A model generated the notes under the pieces. It searched no databases and was not told the DNA's origin. It saw only the letters and a program-made list of their open reading frames with translations. The translations under genes and the position numbers were made by a program. Source: an uncultured bacterium (GTDB lineage Bacteria > Armatimonadota > Abditibacteriia > Abditibacteriales > Abditibacteriaceae). From it: a DNA stretch of 64,000 nt. The stretch spans positions 2,294,001 through 2,358,000 of the forward strand of contig CAWJLW010000006.1 of assembly GCA_963843795.1 (NCBI GenBank), read 5' to 3'. Of this stretch, positions 52,081-60,966 are shown piece after piece (the stretch's first letter is position 1; each line of letters begins with the position of its first letter).

Positions 52081-52200
52081 AAAAGTGATTTCTGGCCACG
52101 CCATTAGCAACAAGGGCGGCGCTCATCGGTCGAAGAACGCGATAAATTATCCCACAATTTGTCCTGCAGGTACTTGCAGGACACAAAAAGAGCTTTCGCT

Positions 52201-54892
52201 ATGTTTTCTCGTTTTCAAGCCTTCAAACTGTTCGCGCTGTGGTTGTGTTTAGCCACATTTTCCGCCATGAGCTATGCCCAAACCGCCGATCCGCCCGTTC
52301 GCTATTACGTCGCGCCCAACGGCAACGACCAGTGGACAGGACGCAGCGCCACGCGCAAAAACAACGATGGCCCATTTGCAACGTTAAGCCGCGCTCGTGA
52401 TGCCCTACGCGCCGACCGCGCGAACCTTTTGCTGCCGCGCGGCGCAACGGTCAGCATCGCGGGCGGCACATATTTCCTCGCCGAGCCATTGATTTTCACT
52501 TCGCAAGACAGCGGAAGCCAAAACGCGCCAATTCTGTATGCCACAGCGCGCGGACAACGCGCCATCTTCAGCGGCGGACAACGCCTCAATAATTGGAAGA
52601 AAGTTGGCGAGCGTTGGGAAACGGTACTGCCTGAAGTGCGCGCTGGGAAGTGGAATTTCATTCAATTGTGGCGTAACAACGAGCGCAAAGCGCGTCCGCG
52701 CTGGCCGGAACAAGGCTACAATTTTATCGACCATACCGTCGAACCCTCACCGCAATCCGCAGGCAAAGGCCACGACCGTTTCGGCTTCAAAACCGGCGAT
52801 GTCAAGCCGGATTTTCACAATCCTGCAGATATCGATTTTTTGATGATGCAAGTGTGGACGATGGCGCGCATGAAAGCGCAGAACATTGATTTCGAAAAGC
52901 GCGAAGTCACTTTCAGCAGCCCGACGCGCACCTTGCAGTGGTATGGCTCGTTTCCCAAAGGCAATCGCTACATTCTGGAAAACGTGCGCGAAGCCCTGGC
53001 GCCCGGCCAATGGTATCTCGACCGAAAAACGGGCGTGCTGACGTATTGGCCGCTACCCAATGAAACTCCGCAAAATTCGCAATTCATCGCACCCCGTTTG
53101 GAATCTTTAGTGGAATTTAGGGGCACAGAAGATAAGCCGATTTCGGATATTTCTCTACAAGGTTTGAGCTTTCAACATTCCAACTGGGCCACGCCCGACC
53201 AGGGCAATGCCAATATTCAAGCCGAAGTTGATATTCCTGCTGCGATTCGCGCGGTCAATGCGCAACGTATTCGGCTGCAAGATTGTGAAATTTCGCACAT
53301 CGGCCATTATGCAGTCAGCTTTGGTCGCGCCTGTCATGACAATCAACTGCTGAATTGCCGTCTGGGAGATTTGGGCGCGGGCGGCGTAAAAATTGGCGAA
53401 ACCGGCAACAGTGACGACGCGCAGAGTACTTGCCGATAAAACTCTGGTGCGCAATTGTTTAATCGCGCATTTCGGGCGTTTGCATCCGGCTGCGGTTGGT
53501 GTGTGGATCGGCCATTCGCCAAATAATACAATCGACCACAACACGATTATCGACGGTTATTACACCGGGATTTCGCCCGGTTGGAGCTGGGGTTATGGCA
53601 AAAGTGGCGCTTATCACAACACGCTGACCAACAATCACATCGCGCAAATCGGTCAGGGCGTTCTCAGCGATATGGGCGGTATTTACACTCTCGGTGTTTC
53701 GCCAGAAACCGTCTTGCGTGGCAATGTGATTCACGATGTGAACTCGTTCGATTACGGCGGCTGGGGCATTTATTTCGATGAAGGCACAACCGGTGTAATT
53801 GCGGAAAACAACCTAGTGTATCGCACCAAAAGCGCCGGTTTCCATCAGCATTACGGACGCGATAACTTGGTCAAAAATAACATTTTTATCGACGGTCACG
53901 AAGCGCAACTGATGCGTTCGCGCGAAGAAGATCATCTTTCGTTCAAAATCCAGAACAACGTTATCGTCTTCTACGACCGGCCTTTGCTGGGTTCGAACTG
54001 GAACGGCACGCGCGACAATTTTCAGCTCGATTCCAATTTGTATTGGAACACGGGCGCGGAACCGCTGAGTTTCGCGGGCAAGACGCTGGCGCAATGGCAG
54101 GAAAGCGGACAAGACAAAACTTCAGTTGTCGCCGATCCGCTGTTCGTCGATGCCGCGCACGATAACTTCAATTTGCGCCCCAATTCGCCTGCGCTGAAAA
54201 TCGGTTTCGTGCCTTTCAATTGGTCGAATGCGGGCGCGCACGATGCGAATGGCAAACTTCTCACTTTGAATTCTGTGCCGCAAACGGCGCGCGCTTTTCC
54301 GCCACCACCGCCGCCGCAACCTTACGCGGAAGATTTCGAGAGCGGAGAAATCGGCGCGAAATCGAGCTTTGTCACTAATGAAGAAAACGAAACCGCGACT
54401 GCGCGCTTGAGCACCGAACAATTTTCGCCGTTTGAAACCAGTCGCCAAAGTTTAAAATTCACCGACGAAGCGGGCCAGAAATTTACTTACAGCCCGCACG
54501 TTTACGCCGCGCCCAAACTCAGTGGCGCATTGGTTGGCCGCTTCGATATTCGCCCCGACCAAAACGCACAAATTTCGCACGAATGGCGCGACAATAAAAA
54601 TCCGTATCATACCGGCCCCGCGCTCTACATTCAGAATGACGGCGCGCTGCAAGTTGGTGGCAAAACTTTGATGACGTTGAAGGCGAAAACGTGGTATCGC
54701 TGCGAAATTCGTTACACGACCGGAACAGACAAATGGAGCCTGCAAGTACTTGCGCCCGATGGCACGCGCCAAAACTTCGATAATCTCACCTGCGACGCGA
54801 ACCTGAAAAGTTTGGATTGGTGGGGTTTCGTGTCGAACGGCACCGTCGCGTCCACATGGTTTCTGGATAACGCGCGCGTCGGCCTGCAGTGA
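52201..54892 (+). pseudogene. Secreted right-handed beta-helix protein split by an apparent +1 frameshift near 53424
   Basis: 5' part YYVAPNGND..GPFATL...LGAGGVKIGE; 3' part SDMGGIYTLG..GWGIYFDEG..HYGRDN. Removing G53424 joins them as ...DDAQVLADKT... Confidence 0.82.
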
Positions 54893-54905
54893 AAATAAAA
54901 ACTGC

Positions 54906-54941
54906 AAAAAGCGCGCTGCAAGTACTTGCAGCGCGCTTTTT
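54906..54941. terminator. 36-bp perfect palindrome between convergent genes
   Basis: AAAAAGCGCGCTGCAAGT|ACTTGCAGCGCGCTTTTT. Confidence 0.75.
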
Positions 54942-55582
54942 CATTCATCATTATCTTCATCAATCTTGAGGCGCAGAACGGGCGCTTGAGTCATCTCGAC
55001 ATCAGCATAAATTTCTTGCAACGATAAGACAATTCCCAGAGAAGAAAGCGAAATTTCATCATCGCGCTCACTGTAACTTTTCTCTACCCATTCATTCTTT
55101 TCGTTGCGATGATAATGCTTGACGCGCACGCGTTCGGGCCATACCAAAACGTAATCGGTCAGAGAATCGAGCAGCTTGTATTCATCAAATTTATCGTTTT
55201 GGTCGAACTCCATTGTCGAAGGTGACAAAACTTCAAAAATCACGCACGGATTGAGCAAAGTATCTTCAACGCCGCTGCGTTTTTCTTCGAATTCAAAGGG
55301 CGGACAAACAACCGAAATATCGGGATAAAAATGAGAGCGCTTCTTGCTTTTGGCAATCTTCACCCGCATATCGCTGCCCACTGCAACACACGGTTTGCCG
55401 TCCAGCCGATTACCAATGTGACGTCCAATATTCGCAGCCACAAGTCCGTGCTGGAACGTGCCGCCCGACATGGCGAAAATTTCGCCGTCCCAATATTCGT
55501 GCTTGATCGGCGAAGTTTCTTCCATCTTCGAATAGTCTTCTTCGCTGATAAAATCGCGACCAAATGATTCGGGGTTCTTCAT
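54941..55582 (-). CDS. Uma2 family (DUF820) putative endonuclease
   Basis: KHEYWDGEIFAMSGG, YPDISVVC and FEVLSPST...DKF..YK. Confidence 0.92.
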   Translation of the reverse strand: MKNPESFGRDFISEEDYSKMEETSPIKHEYWDGEIFAMSGGTFQHGLVAANIGRHIGNRLDGKPCVAVGSDMRVKIAKSKKRSHFYPDISVVCPPFEFEEKRSGVEDTLLNPCVIFEVLSPSTMEFDQNDKFDEYKLLDSLTDYVLVWPERVRVKHYHRNEKNEWVEKSYSERDDEISLSSLGIVLSLQEIYADVEMTQAPVLRLKIDEDNDE

Positions 55583-55712
55583 AAGCCAAGTTTACGCGCT
55601 GCAAGTACTTGCAGCGCGGTTTGGTGTCACAATAAGGCCGGAACATGATTTGAGTGCGCGCGGTCACAAGCACAACACTTCAATAAAATTTGAAGTTACC
55701 GAGGTTTAATTT

Positions 55713-57848
55713 ATGAAACGAAAATGGATAATTGCAACCCTAAATTACACGCTGTTGGCTCTAACGATCAATACGGCGAATGCGCAGAATAGCGTTTCCA
55801 CAAACTCAGCACTTAACGAGGTGCTGCCTTTGCGCGAAGTGGTTTTGTTTTCCAGTGGCGTCGGATATTTCGGGCGCGCTGGTGAAATCAAGGGCAAAAC
55901 TAGCATTCCGCTGACGTTTCGCACCAGTGAAATTAACGACGTTTTGAAGTCGCTGGTGATTTTCGATAAAAGCGGACAGACCAGCGTTTCGTTCGCGACC
56001 CAAGATGCCATTGCGCGCCGCTTGGATCAAAACGGCGGTTCGGTCGCGCCGACCGCTTCGTTGGGCGATTTGCTGCGCCGCTTTCAAGGCGCGACAGCGA
56101 AAATTCAAACCGAAAACGAAACGTTCGAAGGCCGTATTCTCAGCGTGCAAACCAAGCAAACTACTGATGACAAAAATCGCGTTACGACAGTCGAAATTCT
56201 TAATGTTCTGGCGAACGATGGTTTGCGCAGCGTGAAATTGGATGATGTGGTGCGCGTGGCTCTGCTCGACCCAAAATTGAACGGGCAATTGCAGGGCGGT
56301 TTGGATATCGCGGCTTCGTCTGATGATGCCGAAAAACGCACCGTACAATTGCGTTTCGATGGCGAAGGCACGCGTCAGGTGCGCGCCGGTTATTTGCTCG
56401 AAACGCCGGTCTGGAAAACCAGTTACCGTTTGGTTCTGGGCGATGACAAAACCAAAACGCAGCCGTTTTTGCAAGGCTGGGGTTTGGTCGAAAACACGAC
56501 CGACGACGATTGGAAAAACGTGCGTTTAAGTTTGGTTTCGGGCCGTCCGATTTCGTTCGTACAAGATTTATACACGCCGCTTTATGTACCGCGTCCGGTC
56601 GTGCAGCCGCAGGTTATCGGCTCGCCGCGCTCGGAACTTTACGGCGAGCGCGTCGATGGTCTTGAAAATCGTCAAAGCGATTTGGAAGCGCGCGTGGCCA
56701 AGCCACCGCGTATGACCATCGCGCCCAGCATTTTGCATCGCAGTGGCACAGCTTCTGGTGGCTTTGGTGGCGCCGCTAACGGGCCGGCTGGCCCAATGGG
56801 ATTGGCGGATATGGCCACGAGCGAGGCCGAAGCCAAAGCGGACATCGGTGCGGCTTTGGCGCAAACTGCGGTGCAGGCTCAAGGCGGCGAGCGCGGTGAA
56901 CTGTTTGAATATCGCATCGCGCGTCCGATTGATTTACCCAAAAATCAATCGGCGATGGTGCCGATTATCGGCCAAAATATCGGTGGCGAGCGGGTTTCGC
57001 TTTACAATCCGAACAGTTCCGACCGCGTGCTGAGTGGTTTTCGCTTGAAAAACAATTCCGATTTGCATCTGGCAGGCGGCCCCTTGACCGTGTTTCAAGA
57101 CGACGTTTACGCAGGCGATGCGCAGATTCTCGACTTGGGGCCGGGCGACGAACGCTTGATTTCATACGCCGTCGATTTGGAAACGGTGGCTTCTAAAACA
57201 CAACCCACCTTTGATAGCCAACTGCTGTCGTTAAGCATCAAAAAAGGCGTTTTGATTGCGACCAGCAACCAAGAACGCACTATAATTTATACGCTGCGCA
57301 ACAAAAGCGAGCGTGCCAAAACAGTGTTAATCCAGCAGCCGATTGACCCTAACTTCACGCTCACGCAGCCGTTTGAAGCCAAAGTCGAAAAAACAGCGAC
57401 CGAATATCGCTTTCCGGTTGCCGTTCCGGCCAATAAAAGCGTCGAGTATAAAGTAGTCAGTGAACACACAATTTCTCAAACCATCGCGCTACTCGACATG
57501 AATTTCGACTTGTTGGTTTCGTATGCACGCAACACCAAAGCATCACCGAAATTGCAAGCCTCGTTGCAAGATTTGGTCGCCAAACGGCGCGCCATCACCG
57601 ATTTACAAACCAAGCGCGCGGTTTTTGAAACTGAGTTGAAGACCATCGAAGCCGAACAAAATCGCATTCGCCAGAACATGGCGCAGTTGGATCGCACCAG
57701 CGATTTATACAAACAATACGTCGCCAAATTGACCGCACAGGAAATGCGATTTGACGAATTGCGGACGCAAATCGCCACGTTGCAGGAACAAGAAAACGCG
57801 GCGCGCAAGGTGCTGGAAGCTGCACTCGACGAGTTGAATGTGGATTAG
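55713..57848 (+). CDS. Secreted DUF4139-like protein
   Basis: LFSSGVGYF, INDVLKSL, PVWKTSYRL, DWKNVRLSLVSGRPISF and a C-terminal coiled coil. Confidence 0.8.
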   Translation: MKRKWIIATLNYTLLALTINTANAQNSVSTNSALNEVLPLREVVLFSSGVGYFGRAGEIKGKTSIPLTFRTSEINDVLKSLVIFDKSGQTSVSFATQDAIARRLDQNGGSVAPTASLGDLLRRFQGATAKIQTENETFEGRILSVQTKQTTDDKNRVTTVEILNVLANDGLRSVKLDDVVRVALLDPKLNGQLQGGLDIAASSDDAEKRTVQLRFDGEGTRQVRAGYLLETPVWKTSYRLVLGDDKTKTQPFLQGWGLVENTTDDDWKNVRLSLVSGRPISFVQDLYTPLYVPRPVVQPQVIGSPRSELYGERVDGLENRQSDLEARVAKPPRMTIAPSILHRSGTASGGFGGAANGPAGPMGLADMATSEAEAKADIGAALAQTAVQAQGGERGELFEYRIARPIDLPKNQSAMVPIIGQNIGGERVSLYNPNSSDRVLSGFRLKNNSDLHLAGGPLTVFQDDVYAGDAQILDLGPGDERLISYAVDLETVASKTQPTFDSQLLSLSIKKGVLIATSNQERTIIYTLRNKSERAKTVLIQQPIDPNFTLTQPFEAKVEKTATEYRFPVAVPANKSVEYKVVSEHTISQTIALLDMNFDLLVSYARNTKASPKLQASLQDLVAKRRAITDLQTKRAVFETELKTIEAEQNRIRQNMAQLDRTSDLYKQYVAKLTAQEMRFDELRTQIATLQEQENAARKVLEAALDELNVD

Positions 57849-57928
57849 CCCGCAACCTAAACGCCGTGCAGCTGCAAGTACTTGCACGGCGTTTAGGGTT
57901 GGCTTCATTCGTGCTAAATTAAAAGTAC

Positions 57929-58423
57929 ATGAAATCTGAATTTAGTTATCTCGATTTGCAAAAGGCGCGTTTCGAGCGCGCCAGCGATGGCACCTTGCGC
58001 GTGGAAATTCTGGACGACCGGTGCGGTATTAGGGTACAAGTCGTGCGCGCGTTTCCGCTTTCGCAGCCCGAAGATAACATCGTGCTGCGCGATGGCAAAG
58101 ACAAAGAATTGGGGATTATCCAGCATTTGCGCGACGTGGCCGAACCGGCGCGAAGCTGGCTGCGCGAAGCACTATTTCAACGCTATTTCCTGCCCGAAGT
58201 CGAAATTATTTACGATATCACCGAACGTTTTGGCACCAGCATTTGGGACATCCAAACCGACCGAGGCCGGCGCACAGTTACTACGCGCTCTATGAACGAA
58301 GCGATTTACGAAATCGAACCCGGACGCTTTATGATTACCGATGTCGAAGGCAATCGCTACGAACTCAAAAACATAGATGCGCTCGATGATGCCAGCCGCC
58401 AACGCTTTTCTGGCAAAGTTTAA
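57929..58423 (+). CDS. DUF1854 domain protein
   Basis: RAFPLS, RYFLP, W...TDRG and DVEGNRY....LD. Confidence 0.85.
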   Translation: MKSEFSYLDLQKARFERASDGTLRVEILDDRCGIRVQVVRAFPLSQPEDNIVLRDGKDKELGIIQHLRDVAEPARSWLREALFQRYFLPEVEIIYDITERFGTSIWDIQTDRGRRTVTTRSMNEAIYEIEPGRFMITDVEGNRYELKNIDALDDASRQRFSGKV

Positions 58424-58429
58424 AATCGC

Positions 58430-58475
58430 AACACGCAAAAGGCCCCGCAAGGACTTGCGGGGCCTTTTGCGTGTT
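58430..58475. terminator. 46-bp near-perfect palindrome with variant core GCAAGGACTTGC between convergent genes
   Basis: AACACGCAAAAGGCCCCGCAAG-GA-CTTGCGGGGCCTTTTGCGTGTT. Confidence 0.75.
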
Positions 58476-58484
58476 TGCCGGAGT

Positions 58485-59495
58485 TTATTTGGCGCGCAGT
58501 GAGCGCACGACTTCTTTGGCACCTTTGGCGCCACGCGTCAGGTCGGCCATTAAGACCAGTTTGGAACCTTTACCGCCCACATTGATAAGTATGTTGCCGC
58601 CGAGTTGAGGCACAGGAACCGAAATCGAAGTGCCCGTCACGTTGCCAAAAGACACCGCTTTTCTCGTTCCTTGTCCCAGAGCGCCACCGGTGCCAGCACG
58701 ACTATCAATGCCGCCGGTTCGACGCGCGGCATTGCGCAGGTTAGTCATGTTATTGCCGCTCACCAGAGCGGCAGCGTTCATGCCCGGCGGCAAATTCATA
58801 AAACCAAAAATCAGATAGCGTTCTTTACCAGGTGTCTTCAAGGCCGAAATATCGACTTGCCCGGGAGCGATGATGTCGGTTTTGACATTTGTTGGGCGTC
58901 CGCCCGGGCCAGGCGCATTTTGCACTTGTTTGATGTGAGTCCAGCCTTTGGGCAACACAACACTCGACGCACCATCCGATAACAGCACACGACGCGCGGC
59001 GGCTCCATTGAAAGTTACCTTGGCGTCACCGTCTCCCAACGAAAACAACCCACCCATGCCCGCTGCAGGATTCGGATTGGCCGAAGGCGCAGTGGGAAGC
59101 GGGCGTTCGGGTTCGCGGCCTGTAACGCCTAAAAGCGGCGAATCCATCGGATAATTGGAGCGCAAATACCCGGCTTCTTCGGCAGCAGCGGCGTTGGGAA
59201 AACCGATAACTAAATTGGGCGACTGTTGCAACATTTCGGGCGCCCACGCCGGATAATAATAATTATCGTTTTCGGTCGTGACGACTTTCCAAACGCCGCC
59301 TTTAATTTTGTAGCGGTCATCGCCCAAATAATGTTCGATCCAATTGCTGGGCGGATGGAATTTCCATTTGACAGCCGCTTTGGCCGAAGGCGAGGTCGTG
59401 GGGTAAGCCGAAGCGCGCGGCGTTAAAAACGCGCCCGCACCCAAAATTGTCATCGCGCATCCAACCAGCGCCGCTTTAGTTTTTATCGAGTGCAT
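58485..59495 (-). CDS. Secreted hypothetical protein with a Cys-less Ada-like segment
   Basis: Signal peptide, VIGFPNAAAAEEAGY; GGAGG upstream of MHSIK. Confidence 0.7.
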   Translation of the reverse strand: MHSIKTKAALVGCAMTILGAGAFLTPRASAYPTTSPSAKAAVKWKFHPPSNWIEHYLGDDRYKIKGGVWKVVTTENDNYYYPAWAPEMLQQSPNLVIGFPNAAAAEEAGYLRSNYPMDSPLLGVTGREPERPLPTAPSANPNPAAGMGGLFSLGDGDAKVTFNGAAARRVLLSDGASSVVLPKGWTHIKQVQNAPGPGGRPTNVKTDIIAPGQVDISALKTPGKERYLIFGFMNLPPGMNAAALVSGNNMTNLRNAARRTGGIDSRAGTGGALGQGTRKAVSFGNVTGTSISVPVPQLGGNILINVGGKGSKLVLMADLTRGAKGAKEVVRSLRAK

Positions 59496-59572
59496 GCTTC
59501 TTCCTCCAAATCTTACCAAGTTGGCGGTGCAAGTACTTGCACCGCCAACTCATTGTAAATAATTAACCCTTC

Positions 59573-60829
59573 TCATTCACGCCCAAGTGAGGGACGAGAT
59601 GTCTGCGGGCCCATGGGTTCATCACCCTTGGGCGCGTCCCCCATCGACGAACTTCCATAACCGCCACCTGCAGGCGTGCCACCATAACCGCCGCCTGCAG
59701 GGGTGCCGCCATAGCCTGAGCCACCGCCCGCATTGTAAACATTGCCGGTTTGGATGGTAACAATAGGCGGACGTGGGCCGACCTGACGCGGCACTTCACC
59801 AATGCCAGTTGCAGCCAGCAGAATTTGGCTGATGGTGGGCTTCATATAAGCACCCAAATCTTTGCGCGCACCAATAATACCTCTCACGCGCGTGATGTAG
59901 CGATAGTTGCGCTCGAAAACTGCGGGCGAAATCTGTCCGCCGTAAACGAATTCGACGTAACGAGCCAGCGATTCGCGCGACGAAATGTTTGATAAAGCGA
60001 CAATTTGCGGGGCCGGAGCGGGCTTGGAAATCGGATCGGGACGATAACCGGCCAGCATCGCTTCCTGCCAAGTATGAAAACCGATGACACGATTATAGCG
60101 TGGCTGCGATTTGATCGGACGCTGCGCTAAAATGCGCAGAAAAGCTGGCGAACTGGGTGCCCAGTAATATTTCACCGGATAGCGCGCGCGGTCGTCTTCA
60201 ATCAATACGTAACGCCACACGCTCGAAGTTACTTTGTAACGGTCTTGCGGCAGATAAAACGAAAGATAGCCAACCGGCGGTTTCTGATACTGCTGCGCAA
60301 TAATTTTTGAACGCGTTTTCGGCGGTAACTTGGCGAGCTGTTTTTTGCTGAGTTGGTGGCTGCCAATTTTGCCGGTCGCTTTGGCACGCGTGGGTTGGTT
60401 CAACAGTTCGCGCAGAAAATCCATGCCGGTTTCTTTGCCCCAACGCACAGCACGTGGCGGCGGAGGAGGAGCCGCGCCCATGCCGCCCATGGCACCATCG
60501 CCGTAAGCACCACCCGAACTACCGCCGGCCACGCCAGGAAAATCCGGGCTGCCCGAACCGCCCATAGCGCCCATTTCGCTGCCCATGCCTTCATAATTGG
60601 ATGGGTTGCGACCACCCATCATCGGACTGCCGCCCAGACCACGCGCATCGCTCATCGCGCGCGAACCCACGGCCATTGTGCCGCTGTTGCTGCCGGCGTT
60701 CATCGCGTTAGATGCCGCGCTGGCCGCGCCGACATCGCCCAGAGTTTGTGCGTTCACCAGTGTCGAAGCGCTCATCAAAACGCACACGACTCCACCCGAT
60801 GCGATCCACTTCATATTTCGTCCCGCCAT
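59573..60829 (-). CDS. Secreted Gly/Met-rich hypothetical protein sharing a domain with the downstream gene
   Basis: Signal peptide, VIGFHTWQEAMLAGY, GGYGGTPA repeats; AGGAG upstream. Confidence 0.72.
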   Translation of the reverse strand: MAGRNMKWIASGGVVCVLMSASTLVNAQTLGDVGAASAASNAMNAGSNSGTMAVGSRAMSDARGLGGSPMMGGRNPSNYEGMGSEMGAMGGSGSPDFPGVAGGSSGGAYGDGAMGGMGAAPPPPPRAVRWGKETGMDFLRELLNQPTRAKATGKIGSHQLSKKQLAKLPPKTRSKIIAQQYQKPPVGYLSFYLPQDRYKVTSSVWRYVLIEDDRARYPVKYYWAPSSPAFLRILAQRPIKSQPRYNRVIGFHTWQEAMLAGYRPDPISKPAPAPQIVALSNISSRESLARYVEFVYGGQISPAVFERNYRYITRVRGIIGARKDLGAYMKPTISQILLAATGIGEVPRQVGPRPPIVTIQTGNVYNAGGGSGYGGTPAGGGYGGTPAGGGYGSSSMGDAPKGDEPMGPQTSRPSLGRE

Positions 60830-60966
60830 GATTCTCTCCTCGCGTCTTTCGTCACTCGTTACGACTTGATACTAATTGCCGCCTATTTTATCAGAACTGG
60901 CACTGCGCGTCCGCCAAAATGGGTGCTGCAAGTACTTGCATCTTCTCTTGTAGCGCCCGTTTTCGA

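Noticed and set aside
54941..55582. Uma2 protein as the cognate nuclease of the palindrome
   Set aside because: It is flanked by two copies, but so are most genes here. Uma2 genes are common and nothing links this one specifically.
1817..57908. Many short ORFs and N-terminal extensions containing LQVLA, CKYLQ or AASTC
   Set aside because: These are the three translations of the intergenic palindrome, not a peptide family. ORF-track starts that run through the motif were trimmed.
59655..59720. GGYGGTPA coding repeats
   Set aside because: Ordinary low-complexity protein linker with no sign of a phase-variable tract or array.
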